64,000 bases of DNA from an uncultured bacterium (GCA_963710755.1 CAVQBK010000003.1:1312001-1376000), one strand, 5' to 3'; positions 1 to 10,088 are shown, numbered from the stretch's first letter. Notes: a model not told the origin generated them from the letters alone. A program made the numbers and translations.

Positions 1-4
1 CGGA

Positions 5-928
5 ATGGGGCTGTTTCTTCAGTTAGTGGCAGCGGCGCAGGCGTTGGATACTGTGGAATATCAGGCCATGATCGAAAAAAATGCCATTACGATGGGGGAT
101 AAAGTACAATTTTTAGTACGCGTCGCTTACCCCCTAACCACCATGAAGCCGGCCATCACTCCGCCTTCCTTTTCCCAATTCAAAGTCCTCAATGAAAATG
201 AAACCATCAAGGAAGAGGAAAGCGACCATGACCGCTACCGGGTCTTGCGAAAGATATGGTTGATCGAGCCTAATGAATCCGGCCATCTGTCCATTGCCTC
301 CGCTATTGTGACCTATCAGGATCCTGTTTCCAATTTATTGAAAAACGGCAAAACCAACATCGTTTTTGTGGAAGTGGCGTCTCGGGTGGGGCAGGCGAAA
401 ACGTTCACTCCCGTGCCGGTCGCTCAAACCAGCGGCGAAACGACCAAGATAAATGCCAAGCACCCGCTATGGCTGTGGGGAACCCTGGCCGGGCTGCTGG
501 GCTTGGCGATGACCGTCATTGTGGTTGGTCGTTCATCACGACAAAATGGCCCAACTCCTGAAGTGCTGGCCCAACAAGCACTGCAACAGGCTTTAAGCTT
601 GGCGGAAGCCGAGGACATTGACGGCTATTATCAAGGGTTGAACCAGGCGGTACTCGATTATCTGCAGCAAAAATTTAACCTCAATGCTTATGTGCTGCCC
701 ACGGAAGATATTTTGAAAGCCCTTAAAAAATATCCCATTGATCCCAGCCTCTTGCAAGGGTTGGAAGCTTATTTTAAGGCCGTCGATCAGGCTAAATTCG
801 GAGGGCACACACCCGATGAAGACGAGTTGATTCAAATGCATGGTACAGTGGATCGGTTTATCCAAATGGGGGAAACCTTTAAAATTAAAAAACGCAGTAC
901 ACCTGCTTCCAAAGGCAAGGTCCAATGA
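5..928 (+). CDS. BatD-like membrane-anchored protein, probably 5'-truncated by the window edge
   Basis: Beta-rich N-terminal part, one TM helix (LWLWGTLAGLLGLAMTVIVV), C-terminal helical domain (YLQQKF...LPTEDIL...DQAKFG) typical of BatD/DUF4381-like proteins; precedes moxR; frame is open at the window start. Confidence 0.65.
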   Translation: MGLFLQLVAAAQALDTVEYQAMIEKNAITMGDKVQFLVRVAYPLTTMKPAITPPSFSQFKVLNENETIKEEESDHDRYRVLRKIWLIEPNESGHLSIASAIVTYQDPVSNLLKNGKTNIVFVEVASRVGQAKTFTPVPVAQTSGETTKINAKHPLWLWGTLAGLLGLAMTVIVVGRSSRQNGPTPEVLAQQALQQALSLAEAEDIDGYYQGLNQAVLDYLQQKFNLNAYVLPTEDILKALKKYPIDPSLLQGLEAYFKAVDQAKFGGHTPDEDELIQMHGTVDRFIQMGETFKIKKRSTPASKGKVQ

Positions 929-994
929 CCATCACTACGGTCCCATACCTGCCACTGTATAAAGACATTAACCAGACCGAAAGGGGATTAGGAA

Positions 995-1972
995 ATGGCT
1001 CATGAGTTGGATGCCAAAGGTAAAGAATTAAGCAAAACCATGGATAATATTATCAAGGAAACGCAAAAAGTCATTGTGGGGCAACCCATCATGATGCGCG
1101 GGTTGCTGATGGGATTTTTGACACAAGGCCATATTTTGCTGGAAGGCGTCCCGGGGTTGGCCAAGACCCTGTCCGTCATGACGCTCTCCACCTGCATTCA
1201 GGCCGATTTTTCCAGAATCCAATTCACGCCTGATCTGCTGCCGTCCGATATTATTGGCACCAATATCTACAATGCCAAAACAGCGGAGTTCACCATTAAG
1301 AAGGGGCCGATCTTTGCCAATATCGTGTTGGCCGATGAAATCAACCGCGCCGCGGCCAAGGTGCAGGCCGCCTTGCTGGAGGCCATGCAGGAAAAACAGG
1401 TCACCATTGGAGGTCAGACGTTTACCTTGGAGAAACCTTTTCTGGTGTTGGCTACTCAGAACCCGATTGAATCGGAAGGCACCTATAATCTGCCCGACGC
1501 CCAGCTGGACCGTTTCATGTTCAAGGTTAAAATTGGCTATCCCGAGCCGGAGGATGAACTGGAGATCCTGAACCGGTTTACCACGGGACACCAGCCCAAC
1601 GTGAGTGCGGTATGTACGCCCAAGGATATTTTGGCCACCCGCGATTGTATCAACAGCATTTACGTAGACGACAAGATTAAGAAATATATCGTGGACATGG
1701 TTTTTGCCACCCGCTATCCCGACCGTTACGGCATGAAGATCAATAACCTTATCCAATATGGCGGTGGTCCGCGGGCCACCTTGTTTCTCACCATTGCCAG
1801 CAAGGCCAATGCCTTCATGGAAGGCCGTGGCTACGTGACACCCGATGATATCAAGGCAGTGGCTTATGACGTGCTTCGCCACCGTATTTCCGTGAGTTAT
1901 GAAGCCGAGGCTGAGGAAATTTCCTCGGAGAATATTATTGATGAAATTCTCAAAGCGGTAAAAGTACCTTAG
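995..1972 (+). CDS. moxR: MoxR-family AAA+ ATPase
   Basis: LLEGVPGLAKT, RIQFTPDLLPSD, LADEINRA, ATQNPIE motifs. Confidence 0.95.
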   Translation: MAHELDAKGKELSKTMDNIIKETQKVIVGQPIMMRGLLMGFLTQGHILLEGVPGLAKTLSVMTLSTCIQADFSRIQFTPDLLPSDIIGTNIYNAKTAEFTIKKGPIFANIVLADEINRAAAKVQAALLEAMQEKQVTIGGQTFTLEKPFLVLATQNPIESEGTYNLPDAQLDRFMFKVKIGYPEPEDELEILNRFTTGHQPNVSAVCTPKDILATRDCINSIYVDDKIKKYIVDMVFATRYPDRYGMKINNLIQYGGGPRATLFLTIASKANAFMEGRGYVTPDDIKAVAYDVLRHRISVSYEAEAEEISSENIIDEILKAVKVP

Positions 1973-2039
1973 GTTCTGGGTTGGCAAGATAGCCGCAGGT
2001 TGGGCAGATAAATTTTAAAGATATGCCTATAAAGATTTT

Positions 2040-2188
2040 TCTCACGCCAAGCCGCAAAGGAAGAAAAAACAAAGGATGATGGAGGGTTTTAATCCTTGAA
2101 AGAGTTTATCTTTTCTTTGCCCCGAATGGTATAGATATTATTTATAAAAGGGACGTTGCCGCTGCACCTTGGCGTTCTTGGCGTGAGA
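2040..2188. repeat. Intergenic inverted-repeat (REP/MITE-like) element
   Basis: TCTCACGCCAAG (2040-2051) and its exact reverse complement CTTGGCGTGAGA (2177-2188) around an AT-rich core. Confidence 0.6.
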
Positions 2189-2230
2189 CAGATCTTTTGT
2201 TTTCAGCTTTACCGACTTAGTGAGGCGAGC

Positions 2231-3121
2231 ATGAAACTGGATATTAAGGACGTATTAAGACAAGTTAGAAAAATTGAGATCGTCAACCGGATTCTGGTGG
2301 AAAGCACCTTGCAAGGGGCTTACCGGTCCAGTTTCAAAGGCCAGGGTATGGAATTCGTGGATGTGCGCGAATATGTGCCTGGTGATGACATTCGTAATAT
2401 CGATTGGAATGTGACCGCCCGCACCCAGGTGCCGCATGTCAAACAATTTGAGGAAGAGCGGGAAATGACGGTCATGCTCATGGTGGATGCCTCGGGCTCC
2501 GCTGATTTCGGCACCATCAACCGCTTGAAACGGCAGATGGCCATTGAATTTTGCGCGTCCATGGCCTTCTCGGCAGTCAAAAACAACGACCGTGTGGGGC
2601 TGGTGATGTTTACCGACCGGATCGAGCATTATATTCCGCCCAAAAAGGGTTCAGGCCATATTATGCGGGTCATCCGCGACATGATTGCTTTTGAACCCGA
2701 ATCATCCAGGACGGACATCAATACCTGTTTGGAATTTCTGACCCATATTATCAAGAAAAAATCCACTGTGTTTTTAGTCTCCGATTTTATCACTGAGGTT
2801 GATTACGAAGAAAATCTCAAACGAGCCAATTACCGCCATGATATTAATGCCCTGGTGATGACCGACCGCCGTGAACGGGAAATGCCCAACATCGGCATTA
2901 TTGAATTGCAGGATCCTGAGACCGGTCAAAAAGTGGTGATTGACACAGGCAGTAAAAAGGCCAGACAGCAGTTCGAGGAACTGACCGCCAAGCATCGCAG
3001 TGACATGGCCGGTATCTTTACGCGTTGCCATGTGGACTTTACCGAACTTGACACCAATGATTCTTATGTCAATGCCTTGATCAACTTTTTCAAACGCCGG
3101 TTGGGGAGAAAACGCAAGTGA
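2231..3121 (+). CDS. DUF58 family vWA-like protein
   Basis: GQGMEFVDVREYVPGDDIRNIDWNVTAR, DASGS, LVSDF; ATG 2231 follows GAGG. Confidence 0.92.
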   Translation: MKLDIKDVLRQVRKIEIVNRILVESTLQGAYRSSFKGQGMEFVDVREYVPGDDIRNIDWNVTARTQVPHVKQFEEEREMTVMLMVDASGSADFGTINRLKRQMAIEFCASMAFSAVKNNDRVGLVMFTDRIEHYIPPKKGSGHIMRVIRDMIAFEPESSRTDINTCLEFLTHIIKKKSTVFLVSDFITEVDYEENLKRANYRHDINALVMTDRREREMPNIGIIELQDPETGQKVVIDTGSKKARQQFEELTAKHRSDMAGIFTRCHVDFTELDTNDSYVNALINFFKRRLGRKRK

Positions 3122-4116
3122 AATGGGCCAACCTCTCTTTGATCTGGATGTTTGTTCCGCTGTTGGTGCTCGCCTATCTGATCTGGCGCGACCGTCTTAA
3201 AAGCAAAGGCGTCGTGTACAGTTATGTCAGGGCCTTTCGCGATTATCGTCCTTCCCTGGGCGCCCTGTTGCGCCATGTGCCTCTGGCGCTGCGAATGCTG
3301 ACGCTGGTATTGCTGGCTCTGGCCTTGTTGCGTCCGCAAGCCTTGATGGGCGAGAATGAGGTGAAATTAAAAGGCATCAACATCATGCTGGTAACCGATC
3401 TCTCGGGCTCAATGGTGGCGGAAGATCTGAAACCGGACCGCATCACCGCCGAGAAGAAAGTATTGACCGATTTCATTGGACGTATACAGCATGACCGGGT
3501 CGGCCTGGTGGTGTTTGGGGCTAAAGCTTTTACGCAATCTCCTTTGACCATGGACTATGATGTATTGAAATCCTCGGTCAGCGAGATTGACCTGAATACG
3601 GTGGATGCCGACGGTACAGCCATTGGTGACGGTTTGCTGGCGGGCATTAACCGTATGGCCGAATTTGACGGCCAGACCAATATTATTGTATTGGCCACGG
3701 ATGGCACCAACAACCGCGGGGAAGAGCCGCTCAAGGCCGCTGAAATTGCGGCTGCTAAAAAAATAAAAGTCTTTGTAGTGGGTATTGGTGCCAAGGGGGG
3801 CGCTCCGGTTTACATTAAAGATCAGTTCGGCGCCAAGCGTCCCTTCATCCAGGACGGCCAGGCCATGCGCTGGGATGAACCCAATGATAAGGTGTTGAAG
3901 ACCATAGCCGATAAAACCGGTGGCGATTACTTTCGGGCCACCGATGAAAAGAGCCTGGATAAAATTTATGGCCGCATCGACCAGTTGATCAAGAACGAGA
4001 AGAAACGCAAGGATCCCCACTATCGCGAGTTGTTCGGCTGGTTCCTTCTGGCAGCGCTGGGGTCCTTGGCCCTTGAGATCCTGCTCTCCGCCACCTGGTT
4101 GAGGTCCGTCTTATGA
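3118..4116 (+). CDS. batA: BatA-like vWA domain membrane protein
   Basis: N-terminal TMs, ALLRPQ, MIDAS DLSGSM, GTAIGDGL, LATDG; MoxR operon context. Confidence 0.85.
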   Translation: MKWANLSLIWMFVPLLVLAYLIWRDRLKSKGVVYSYVRAFRDYRPSLGALLRHVPLALRMLTLVLLALALLRPQALMGENEVKLKGINIMLVTDLSGSMVAEDLKPDRITAEKKVLTDFIGRIQHDRVGLVVFGAKAFTQSPLTMDYDVLKSSVSEIDLNTVDADGTAIGDGLLAGINRMAEFDGQTNIIVLATDGTNNRGEEPLKAAEIAAAKKIKVFVVGIGAKGGAPVYIKDQFGAKRPFIQDGQAMRWDEPNDKVLKTIADKTGGDYFRATDEKSLDKIYGRIDQLIKNEKKRKDPHYRELFGWFLLAALGSLALEILLSATWLRSVL

Positions 4117-5171
4117 GTGTCTTAAGCGGATTCACTTTTATCGAACCCAAGATGTTACTGTTCGCTGCCGGTCTGCCGGGGTTGGCCGGGCTGATTTGGT
4201 GGGGTGCACGGTCCAGAAAAAAAGCCATTGCCCGTTTCAGCGAACCAACTCTTTTTCAGACGCTTAATCCCACGCTGAGGCTGAAAGGCAAAACCAGTGT
4301 ACTGCGTCCGGCGTTAATGTTGGGCGCCTTGATGCTGGTCGTTCTGGGCCTGGCCCGGCCGGGTGGTCATCCTATATTTGTGGAGCAGGAAATTGGCGAA
4401 AAAGGGGTGGACATCATGTTAATGATCGATTTGTCTTCCTCCATGGCGGCTACCGATTTGAAGCCAGACCGACTGTCTGCCACCAAGGCCGCAGTGCGCG
4501 CCTTTTTGGATCAGCTTCAGCATGACCGGGTGGGCTTGACTGTATTTGCCGGGGTGCCTTCTTTACAGGCGCCCTTGACCCAGGACTACCGTACAGCCAA
4601 GATGATGATTGATATCCTGAGCACTAATTTTATGCCGGTTGATGGCACGGCTATCGGCACGGCCCTTGATTTTGCCGTCAACAAAATCAGTCCTTCCCGG
4701 AGAAAAGGGGCGGTCATTGTGCTGCTGACGGACGGGGAAAACACCAAAGGCCCATCACCCAACGAAGCCATTGCGCATGCGAAAAAAGAAGGGGTGATTA
4801 TCTATACCATTGGCATCGGTACCGCCCAAGGCGCCAAGATTCCCGACGGCACCGACGAACGTGGCCAAGGTCGCTTTAAGATGTACCGTGGTGAACCGGT
4901 GGTGACCAAACTGGATGAAGCGCTGCTTAAAGAGATGGCCAAACAAACAGGCGGCCAATACTACTCTGCCGACAGCAACAATGCCTTGATGCAGGCTTAT
5001 AATGAAATAAGACGATTGACCAAAAAGGAAATTTCGGAAAAAAAGACCAAGGCTGTTTATCAGGAATATTACGTCTGGGTGATTGGACCGGCCTTGCTGA
5101 TGCTGATGCTGGAAATGGTAATGGGCCGGCGATCCAAATGGTTTTTTAAGCATGACAAAAGCAAGTTCTGA
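4113..5171 (+). CDS. batB: BatB-like vWA domain membrane protein
   Basis: GLARP, DLSSSM, GTAIG, LLTDGE, VVTKLDE; follows batA. Confidence 0.82.
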   Translation: MSVLSGFTFIEPKMLLFAAGLPGLAGLIWWGARSRKKAIARFSEPTLFQTLNPTLRLKGKTSVLRPALMLGALMLVVLGLARPGGHPIFVEQEIGEKGVDIMLMIDLSSSMAATDLKPDRLSATKAAVRAFLDQLQHDRVGLTVFAGVPSLQAPLTQDYRTAKMMIDILSTNFMPVDGTAIGTALDFAVNKISPSRRKGAVIVLLTDGENTKGPSPNEAIAHAKKEGVIIYTIGIGTAQGAKIPDGTDERGQGRFKMYRGEPVVTKLDEALLKEMAKQTGGQYYSADSNNALMQAYNEIRRLTKKEISEKKTKAVYQEYYVWVIGPALLMLMLEMVMGRRSKWFFKHDKSKF

Positions 5172-5177
5172 TCGTTA

Positions 5178-6164
5178 GTGGCAGAGCTGATAACCGCGAT
5201 AGTGGAGATGAAAAAGAGCATGGCCGTTGATAGCAACCGGAACGGACATAAGCACAGCTTTTCGGCCTTGGCCTTATTGGCTTTATTGATAATGGCCACT
5301 ATGGGGTGCGCCCAGCGTCAATTTAAGGCAGGCAACAAAGCCATGCAGGATTTTGATTACAATGAAGCCATCAAGCAATATGACCGGGCGCTTCAGGCTG
5401 ATCCTAAGATGTACGAAGCCTATTACAATATGGGGAATGCTTTGATGCGTCTCGGTCATTACCAGCAGGCAGTGACTGCCTATCAAAAAGCTGTGGATAT
5501 GAATCCGGATGATGAAGATATACGGCACAATTTGATGATCGCAAAAAAGCAGCAGAAGGATGATGATTCTTCCGGCCAAGGCAGTAGTGGCGGTGGCGGT
5601 GGTGGTGGAGGTGCCGGCGGCGGGGGCAGTAATTCCTCTCAGCAGCAACAGCAACAGCAACAGCAACAACAGCAACAACAACAACAACAGCAACAGCAAC
5701 AGCAACAACAGCAACAGCAACAGCAACAACAACAACAACAACAACAGCAACAGCAACAGCAACAGCAACAACAGCAACAACAACAGCAACAACAACAACA
5801 ACAGCAACAACAGCAACAACAGCAACAACAGCAACAACAGCAACAACAACAACAACAGCAACAACAACAACAACAACAACAACAGCAACAACAGCAACAA
5901 CAACAGCAACAGCAGCAACAGCAACAACAGCAACAACAGCAACAACAACAGCAACAACAGCAACAACAACAGCAACAACAGCAGCAGCAGCAACAACAGC
6001 AGCAGCAGCAGGCTCCACCGTCTTTACCCAAGGCCATGCAGGCAAAATTGGATCAAGCTGATAAAAACGACCGCAACCAACAACGGCAAAAACAACAAAA
6101 CAATAAAAACCAAAAGAAGAGCGAGTTTGAATCTTCTTGGGGACAGGAAGAAAAAAATTGGTAA
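5178..6164 (+). CDS. BatC-like TPR protein (possible lipoprotein) with poly-Gly linker and poly-Gln tract; start uncertain
   Basis: Hydrophobic segment ending MATMGC, TPR motifs (EAYYNMGNALMRLGHYQQAV), C-terminal EKNW like the KxW ending of BatC. Confidence 0.8.
   Translation: MAELITAIVEMKKSMAVDSNRNGHKHSFSALALLALLIMATMGCAQRQFKAGNKAMQDFDYNEAIKQYDRALQADPKMYEAYYNMGNALMRLGHYQQAVTAYQKAVDMNPDDEDIRHNLMIAKKQQKDDDSSGQGSSGGGGGGGGAGGGGSNSSQQQQQQQQQQQQQQQQQQQQQQQQQQQQQQQQQQQQQQQQQQQQQQQQQQQQQQQQQQQQQQQQQQQQQQQQQQQQQQQQQQQQQQQQQQQQQQQQQQQQQQQQQQQQQQQQQQQQQQQQQQQQAPPSLPKAMQAKLDQADKNDRNQQRQKQQNNKNQKKSEFESSWGQEEKNW
5640..6011 (+). repeat. CAA/CAG trinucleotide tract encoding 124 consecutive Gln
   Basis: 372 nt made only of CAA and CAG codons, in frame with 5178..6164. 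Confidence 0.97.
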
Positions 6165-6676
6165 CCAGCGGCATAAGAGTGTTGGGAATTGATCCGGGCT
6201 ACGGACGTTGTGGTTGGGGTGTGATTGAGTTCCTTGGCCATAGGCAAGTGGCCCTGGCCCATGGGGTCATCGAAACCTTGAGTACGCAAGCCTTCTCCGA
6301 GAGGCTGCTTCTACTCCATCAGGAATTGAAGCAGATCATCGAGGAGTTTGATCCACAGGAAGTGGCGGTGGAGGAATTGTATTTTTCTAAAAATGTCAAA
6401 ACCGCCATAGCGGTTGGTCAGGCCCGGGGCGTAATTTTATTGACCTGTGCCCAATTACAGGTAAAATTAAGTGAATATAAGCCTGTTGAAATCAAGCAAG
6501 CTGTCACGGGCTTTGGTCACGCCGACAAAAAGCAAGTTCAGCAGATGATTAAGATAATATTGAATTTAAATACCCAACCCCGTTTGGACGATGCCGCTGA
6601 TGCCTTGGCTGTGGCCATTTGTCATGCCCACGGCCGTCAAGCAAGAACGGTAATGAGCCAAATTAAAGTCAAATAA
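6158..6676 (+). CDS. ruvC: Holliday junction resolvase RuvC
   Basis: VLGIDPG, VAVEELYF, GQARGV, DDAADALAVAICH; probable TTG start at 6158. Confidence 0.95.
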   Translation: MVTSGIRVLGIDPGYGRCGWGVIEFLGHRQVALAHGVIETLSTQAFSERLLLLHQELKQIIEEFDPQEVAVEELYFSKNVKTAIAVGQARGVILLTCAQLQVKLSEYKPVEIKQAVTGFGHADKKQVQQMIKIILNLNTQPRLDDAADALAVAICHAHGRQARTVMSQIKVK

Positions 6677-6760
6677 CCTGCAAAAAGGTGCTTCGCGGGG
6701 TTGTTTACCAGGGCCGTAGGTCAACAACCGCACGGACGTCCTGCTTCCAAGGTGGCTTCG

Positions 6761-7363
6761 ATGATTGCATTTGTAAAAGGTGTTCTAGCCCAAAGGCAAG
6801 ACCAGACCAGTATTGTTGATGTCAATGGGGTAGGCTATGAAGTGCACATGCCTGCTTCAGATTTAAACCGTCTGCCGCCTCTGGGTGAGGCAGTCACTCT
6901 CTTTACCTGGCACATGAAAAGGGAAGACAGTGAAATGCTCTATGGTTTTCTCGATGAGGAAGACCGGTTTTTGTTTAAGATCTTGATTGGTGTTTCCGGG
7001 GTTGGTCCCAAAGCCGCCTTGGCAGTGCTTTCGGGGTTGAGCAAGGCCCAGCTGGAACGGGCTGTGGCGGAGCAGGATGTGCTGATGCTTTCCAAACTGC
7101 CCGGGATCGGCAAGAAAACCGCGGAACGCCTTTTGTTGGAACTTAAAGACAAGTTTAAAATGGACAAAGGTGGGCCGGTGGGACTTAAACAAGAAGTACG
7201 GGAAGATTTTGGCGAGGCCATGGAAGCCTTGGCGGCCTTGGGCTATGCGCTGTCACAAGCGCGGGTGGCCATGCAAAAAGTGGTGGATCAAGAGTTGCCC
7301 TCTATTCGGCCTGGCCAGGACCGGGTGGCGGAAATGGTGCGGTTGGCGCTAAAACATCTCTAG
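6761..7363 (+). CDS. ruvA: Holliday junction branch-migration protein RuvA
   Basis: MIAFVKG, VNGVGYEV, GVSGVGPKAAL, PGIGKKTAERL. Confidence 0.95.
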   Translation: MIAFVKGVLAQRQDQTSIVDVNGVGYEVHMPASDLNRLPPLGEAVTLFTWHMKREDSEMLYGFLDEEDRFLFKILIGVSGVGPKAALAVLSGLSKAQLERAVAEQDVLMLSKLPGIGKKTAERLLLELKDKFKMDKGGPVGLKQEVREDFGEAMEALAALGYALSQARVAMQKVVDQELPSIRPGQDRVAEMVRLALKHL

Positions 7364-7488
7364 CCGAGGGCAACCTAGGTTGCCTTCGCTTATTATTTTT
7401 GGGGGAAGAAAAATTATTCGTCCCTACGATTTGGGTCAACCACATAAAAAGCAAATCATAGCATCACAGTGTTTTTCGCAGAGGATAA

Positions 7489-8529
7489 GTGCTTATGCCC
7501 GATTCAACCGAACGTTTTGTTAATCAACTGCCAGTAGCCGATGATCATGGCCATGAATTTTCCTTGCGTCCTACACGCCTGGACGATTTCGTTGGACAGA
7601 AGAAGATCATCGCTGCCCTGAAGATTTTCATCCAAGCCGCCCAAAAACGGCAAGAACCTCTTGACCATGTACTTTTTCTTGGACCGCCCGGTTTGGGCAA
7701 AACCACATTGTCCATGATCATGGCGCAGGAAATGGCGGTGCATATTAAAGTGACCTCTGGTCCTGCCATTGAACGTCCCGGAGACTTGGCCGCTATCCTG
7801 ACCAATTTGCAGCCGCAAGACATTTTATTTATTGATGAAATCCACCGTCTCAACCGCTCGGTGGAGGAGATACTTTATCCGGCATTGGAAGATTTTGCCT
7901 TGGACATCGTAATCGGCAAAGGACCGGGGGCCCGTTCCATTCGTCTCGACCTGCCCAAATTCACGTTGATTGGCGCGACCACCAGGGCCGGGCTTATCAC
8001 AGGCCCCTTGCGTGACCGGTTTGGGGTGGCCCACCGGTTGGATTTCTACCAGCCCGAGGAATTGCAAGCTATTGTGCAACGATCCGCCCATCTGTTGGAG
8101 TTACCCATTACAGACGATGGAGCTTTGGAAATTGCTCGCCGGTCCCGGGGTACGCCCCGGATCGCCAACCGCATGCTTAAACGGGTCCGCGATTATGCCC
8201 AAGTTCATGACGCCGGGCAAGTCACCAAGTCGGTGGCCGGCCAAGCGCTTGCCTTGATGGAAATCGATGAAGCTGGATTGGACCAAATGGATCGCAGGCT
8301 CCTGGAGCTGATTATCCGTCACTTTCAGGGAGGGCCGGTTGGCGTGGAGACCATGGCCGTAGCGCTGGGCGAGGAAAGCGACACTATTCAGGATGTATAC
8401 GAACCTTACTTGATCCAGATGGGCTTTTTGCAGCGTACACCCAATGGCCGAAAAACCACAACCAAGGCCTATCAGCATTTGAAGATCGATGTGGAAGACA
8501 AGGCCGGAAAGCAGGGGCGATTATTATGA
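7489..8529 (+). CDS. ruvB: Holliday junction helicase RuvB
   Basis: [38 protein letters not shown]. Confidence 0.97.
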   Translation: MLMPDSTERFVNQLPVADDHGHEFSLRPTRLDDFVGQKKIIAALKIFIQAAQKRQEPLDHVLFLGPPGLGKTTLSMIMAQEMAVHIKVTSGPAIERPGDLAAILTNLQPQDILFIDEIHRLNRSVEEILYPALEDFALDIVIGKGPGARSIRLDLPKFTLIGATTRAGLITGPLRDRFGVAHRLDFYQPEELQAIVQRSAHLLELPITDDGALEIARRSRGTPRIANRMLKRVRDYAQVHDAGQVTKSVAGQALALMEIDEAGLDQMDRRLLELIIRHFQGGPVGVETMAVALGEESDTIQDVYEPYLIQMGFLQRTPNGRKTTTKAYQHLKIDVEDKAGKQGRLL

Positions 8530-8987
8530 AAATGAGAAGAAGGCCTGATCGTCCCCGTATACGGGTGGCCGGCATTATCACTCGCGGGGACAAAATTCTG
8601 GTGGTCAATCATGTACGCGACGGCAAGTCCTATTGCCTGCTACCCGGTGGAGGCGTGGAATGGGGCGAAACCTGTGAAGAAGCCCTGAAACGGGAATTTA
8701 TGGAAGAACTCACGCTGGCGATCAATGTGGGGCAGCTCGTCTGTGTTAATGAATCCATTAGTCCCGACAAGCAGCGGCATATTTTAAATCTGAACTTCAA
8801 AGTAACCCTCAAACCGGGGCAAACCATCAAAGTTAATCACGATGAACGGCTCCGGGATGCTTGCTGGATGGATAAGAAGACCTTTCAAAAAGTGCTCTTT
8901 TATCCTGAAATCCGGCCGGTTATTCTGAAGGCCTGGGAAAAGCAGTTTAAAACCTGTGTGGTGATGGTAGCCACACCATGGACCTAG
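8526..8987 (+). CDS. NUDIX hydrolase
   Basis: Nudix box [24 protein letters not shown]. Confidence 0.9.
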   Translation: MKMRRRPDRPRIRVAGIITRGDKILVVNHVRDGKSYCLLPGGGVEWGETCEEALKREFMEELTLAINVGQLVCVNESISPDKQRHILNLNFKVTLKPGQTIKVNHDERLRDACWMDKKTFQKVLFYPEIRPVILKAWEKQFKTCVVMVATPWT

Positions 8988-8988
8988 G

Positions 8989-9068
8989 AGGCTGAGCAAT
9001 CGGGATCAACAATTGATAATCGAAAGTTAAGAACGGCACTTTCTTATTTTAGACTACGTGCTCAGTCT
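8989..9068. repeat. Short intergenic inverted repeat
   Basis: AGGCTGAGCA (8989-8998) versus TGCTCAGTCT (9059-9068), 9/10 complementary. Confidence 0.35.
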
Positions 9069-9086
9069 CTAAAAGGAGAACTTAAG

Positions 9087-9635
9087 ATGACGCTGGCCAA
9101 CTGGTTGACCGTAATGCGCATTATTTTAATTCCCTTTTTCATTGCCACCTTGATGTATGATCACCTCCTGATCGCCCTTATCCTGTTTGTGTCAGCCGCG
9201 ATTACTGATGTGCTGGACGGCTATATTGCCAGGCGTACCACCTGCACCACCATCGGCCGCGTCCTTGATCCCACGGCTGATAAGCTGCTACTGGTCTCCA
9301 CCTATATCATCCTGCCCATCATCGGCATCATTCCCAGCTGGGTGACGGTGATCGTGGTCTCCCGCGACGTTATCATTGCCCTGGGATATTTGATTATTTA
9401 TCTGACCTGGGGATCAGCTGCCGTGGATGTGAGCCGTCTGGGAAAACTAAGTACCTTTATTCAATCCTTTGGAGCCGGTTTTTTTCTACTCGCCACCCTG
9501 CTGCCCGTGCTCGCACCCTGGAAACTACTGATGATGGTTCTGGTGGCCGGGTTTACGACGGCCTCGGGGGTGACCTATATCATTCAGGGAATCCACCGGG
9601 CCTCTCTGCTCAGTCTGGAAAAAGGCAAGCAGTGA
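9087..9635 (+). CDS. CDP-alcohol phosphatidyltransferase (PgsA-like)
   Basis: ANWLTVMRI, TDVLDGYIAR...GRVLDPTADKLL. Confidence 0.9.
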   Translation: MTLANWLTVMRIILIPFFIATLMYDHLLIALILFVSAAITDVLDGYIARRTTCTTIGRVLDPTADKLLLVSTYIILPIIGIIPSWVTVIVVSRDVIIALGYLIIYLTWGSAAVDVSRLGKLSTFIQSFGAGFFLLATLLPVLAPWKLLMMVLVAGFTTASGVTYIIQGIHRASLLSLEKGKQ

Positions 9636-9670
9636 AAGACCGTGGCGGACATTACTCGCAACAAAAAGTG

Positions 9671-9709
9671 TTGCTCGTAACCTTGGCCTGTGCTAGACTG
9701 TAACCATGG
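9671..9709 (+). promoter_or_regulatory. Sigma70-like promoter of the TA operon overlapped by two direct repeats (candidate operators)
   Basis: TTGCTC (9671)-17 bp-TAGACT (9694) with TGn; GTAACCTTGG (9677-9686) and GTAACCATGG (9700-9709). Confidence 0.55.
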
Positions 9710-9728
9710 GGCAGAAAGGACAACCATC

Positions 9729-10088
9729 ATGGTAATGTCAACACTGGAAGAAGGCTTAAACAAACTTAAGGTCAACCAGCTCGATCTGCTGGTGGCTTTT
9801 TTCGGCAACCGCAGCGAGGTGGCACGAATATTGGGTGTCAGCCGTTCGCGCATCACCAAGTGGTATAAAGGTGAAAGTCCGGACCTAATTAATAATGACA
9901 AACTTTCGGGACTCAATTACCTGCTCAACCTGCTGCTGAGCTATTACAATGCCCAGACAGCTCTGGATTGGTTTTTTGGAAATAATGTTTTTGTCAATTA
10001 TTCCCGGCCCGTGGACCTCATCAAGGAAAACCGGCTCAGCGACATCATTGCCGCCGCCCGTCAGGATATTGCCGGATCCTTTGCCTGA
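9729..10088 (+). CDS. Xre/MbcA/ParS-type antitoxin
   Basis: HTH (RSEVARILGVSRSRITKW) plus C-terminal ALDWF..N.F....RPVDLI; overlaps the RES gene. Confidence 0.8.
   Translation: MVMSTLEEGLNKLKVNQLDLLVAFFGNRSEVARILGVSRSRITKWYKGESPDLINNDKLSGLNYLLNLLLSYYNAQTALDWFFGNNVFVNYSRPVDLIKENRLSDIIAAARQDIAGSFA

Noticed and set aside
1028-1987. Long minus-strand ORFs (also 38145-39269, 34758-35540 and others)
   Set aside because: Antisense shadows of well-supported plus-strand genes with no recognisable motifs.
5640-6011. Possible CRISPR array or satellite
   Set aside because: Trinucleotide coding repeat with no repeat-spacer structure and no cas genes.
5283-6192. Poly-Leu, poly-Cys, poly-Val/Ala and poly-Asn/Ser ORFs
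   Set aside because: Alternative-frame and antisense shadows of the CAA/CAG tract; only the Gln frame joins the TPR domain to the EKNW end.
6700-6760. Hairpin between ruvC and ruvA as a riboswitch or ncRNA
   Set aside because: Only one imperfect stem and no recognisable family motif.
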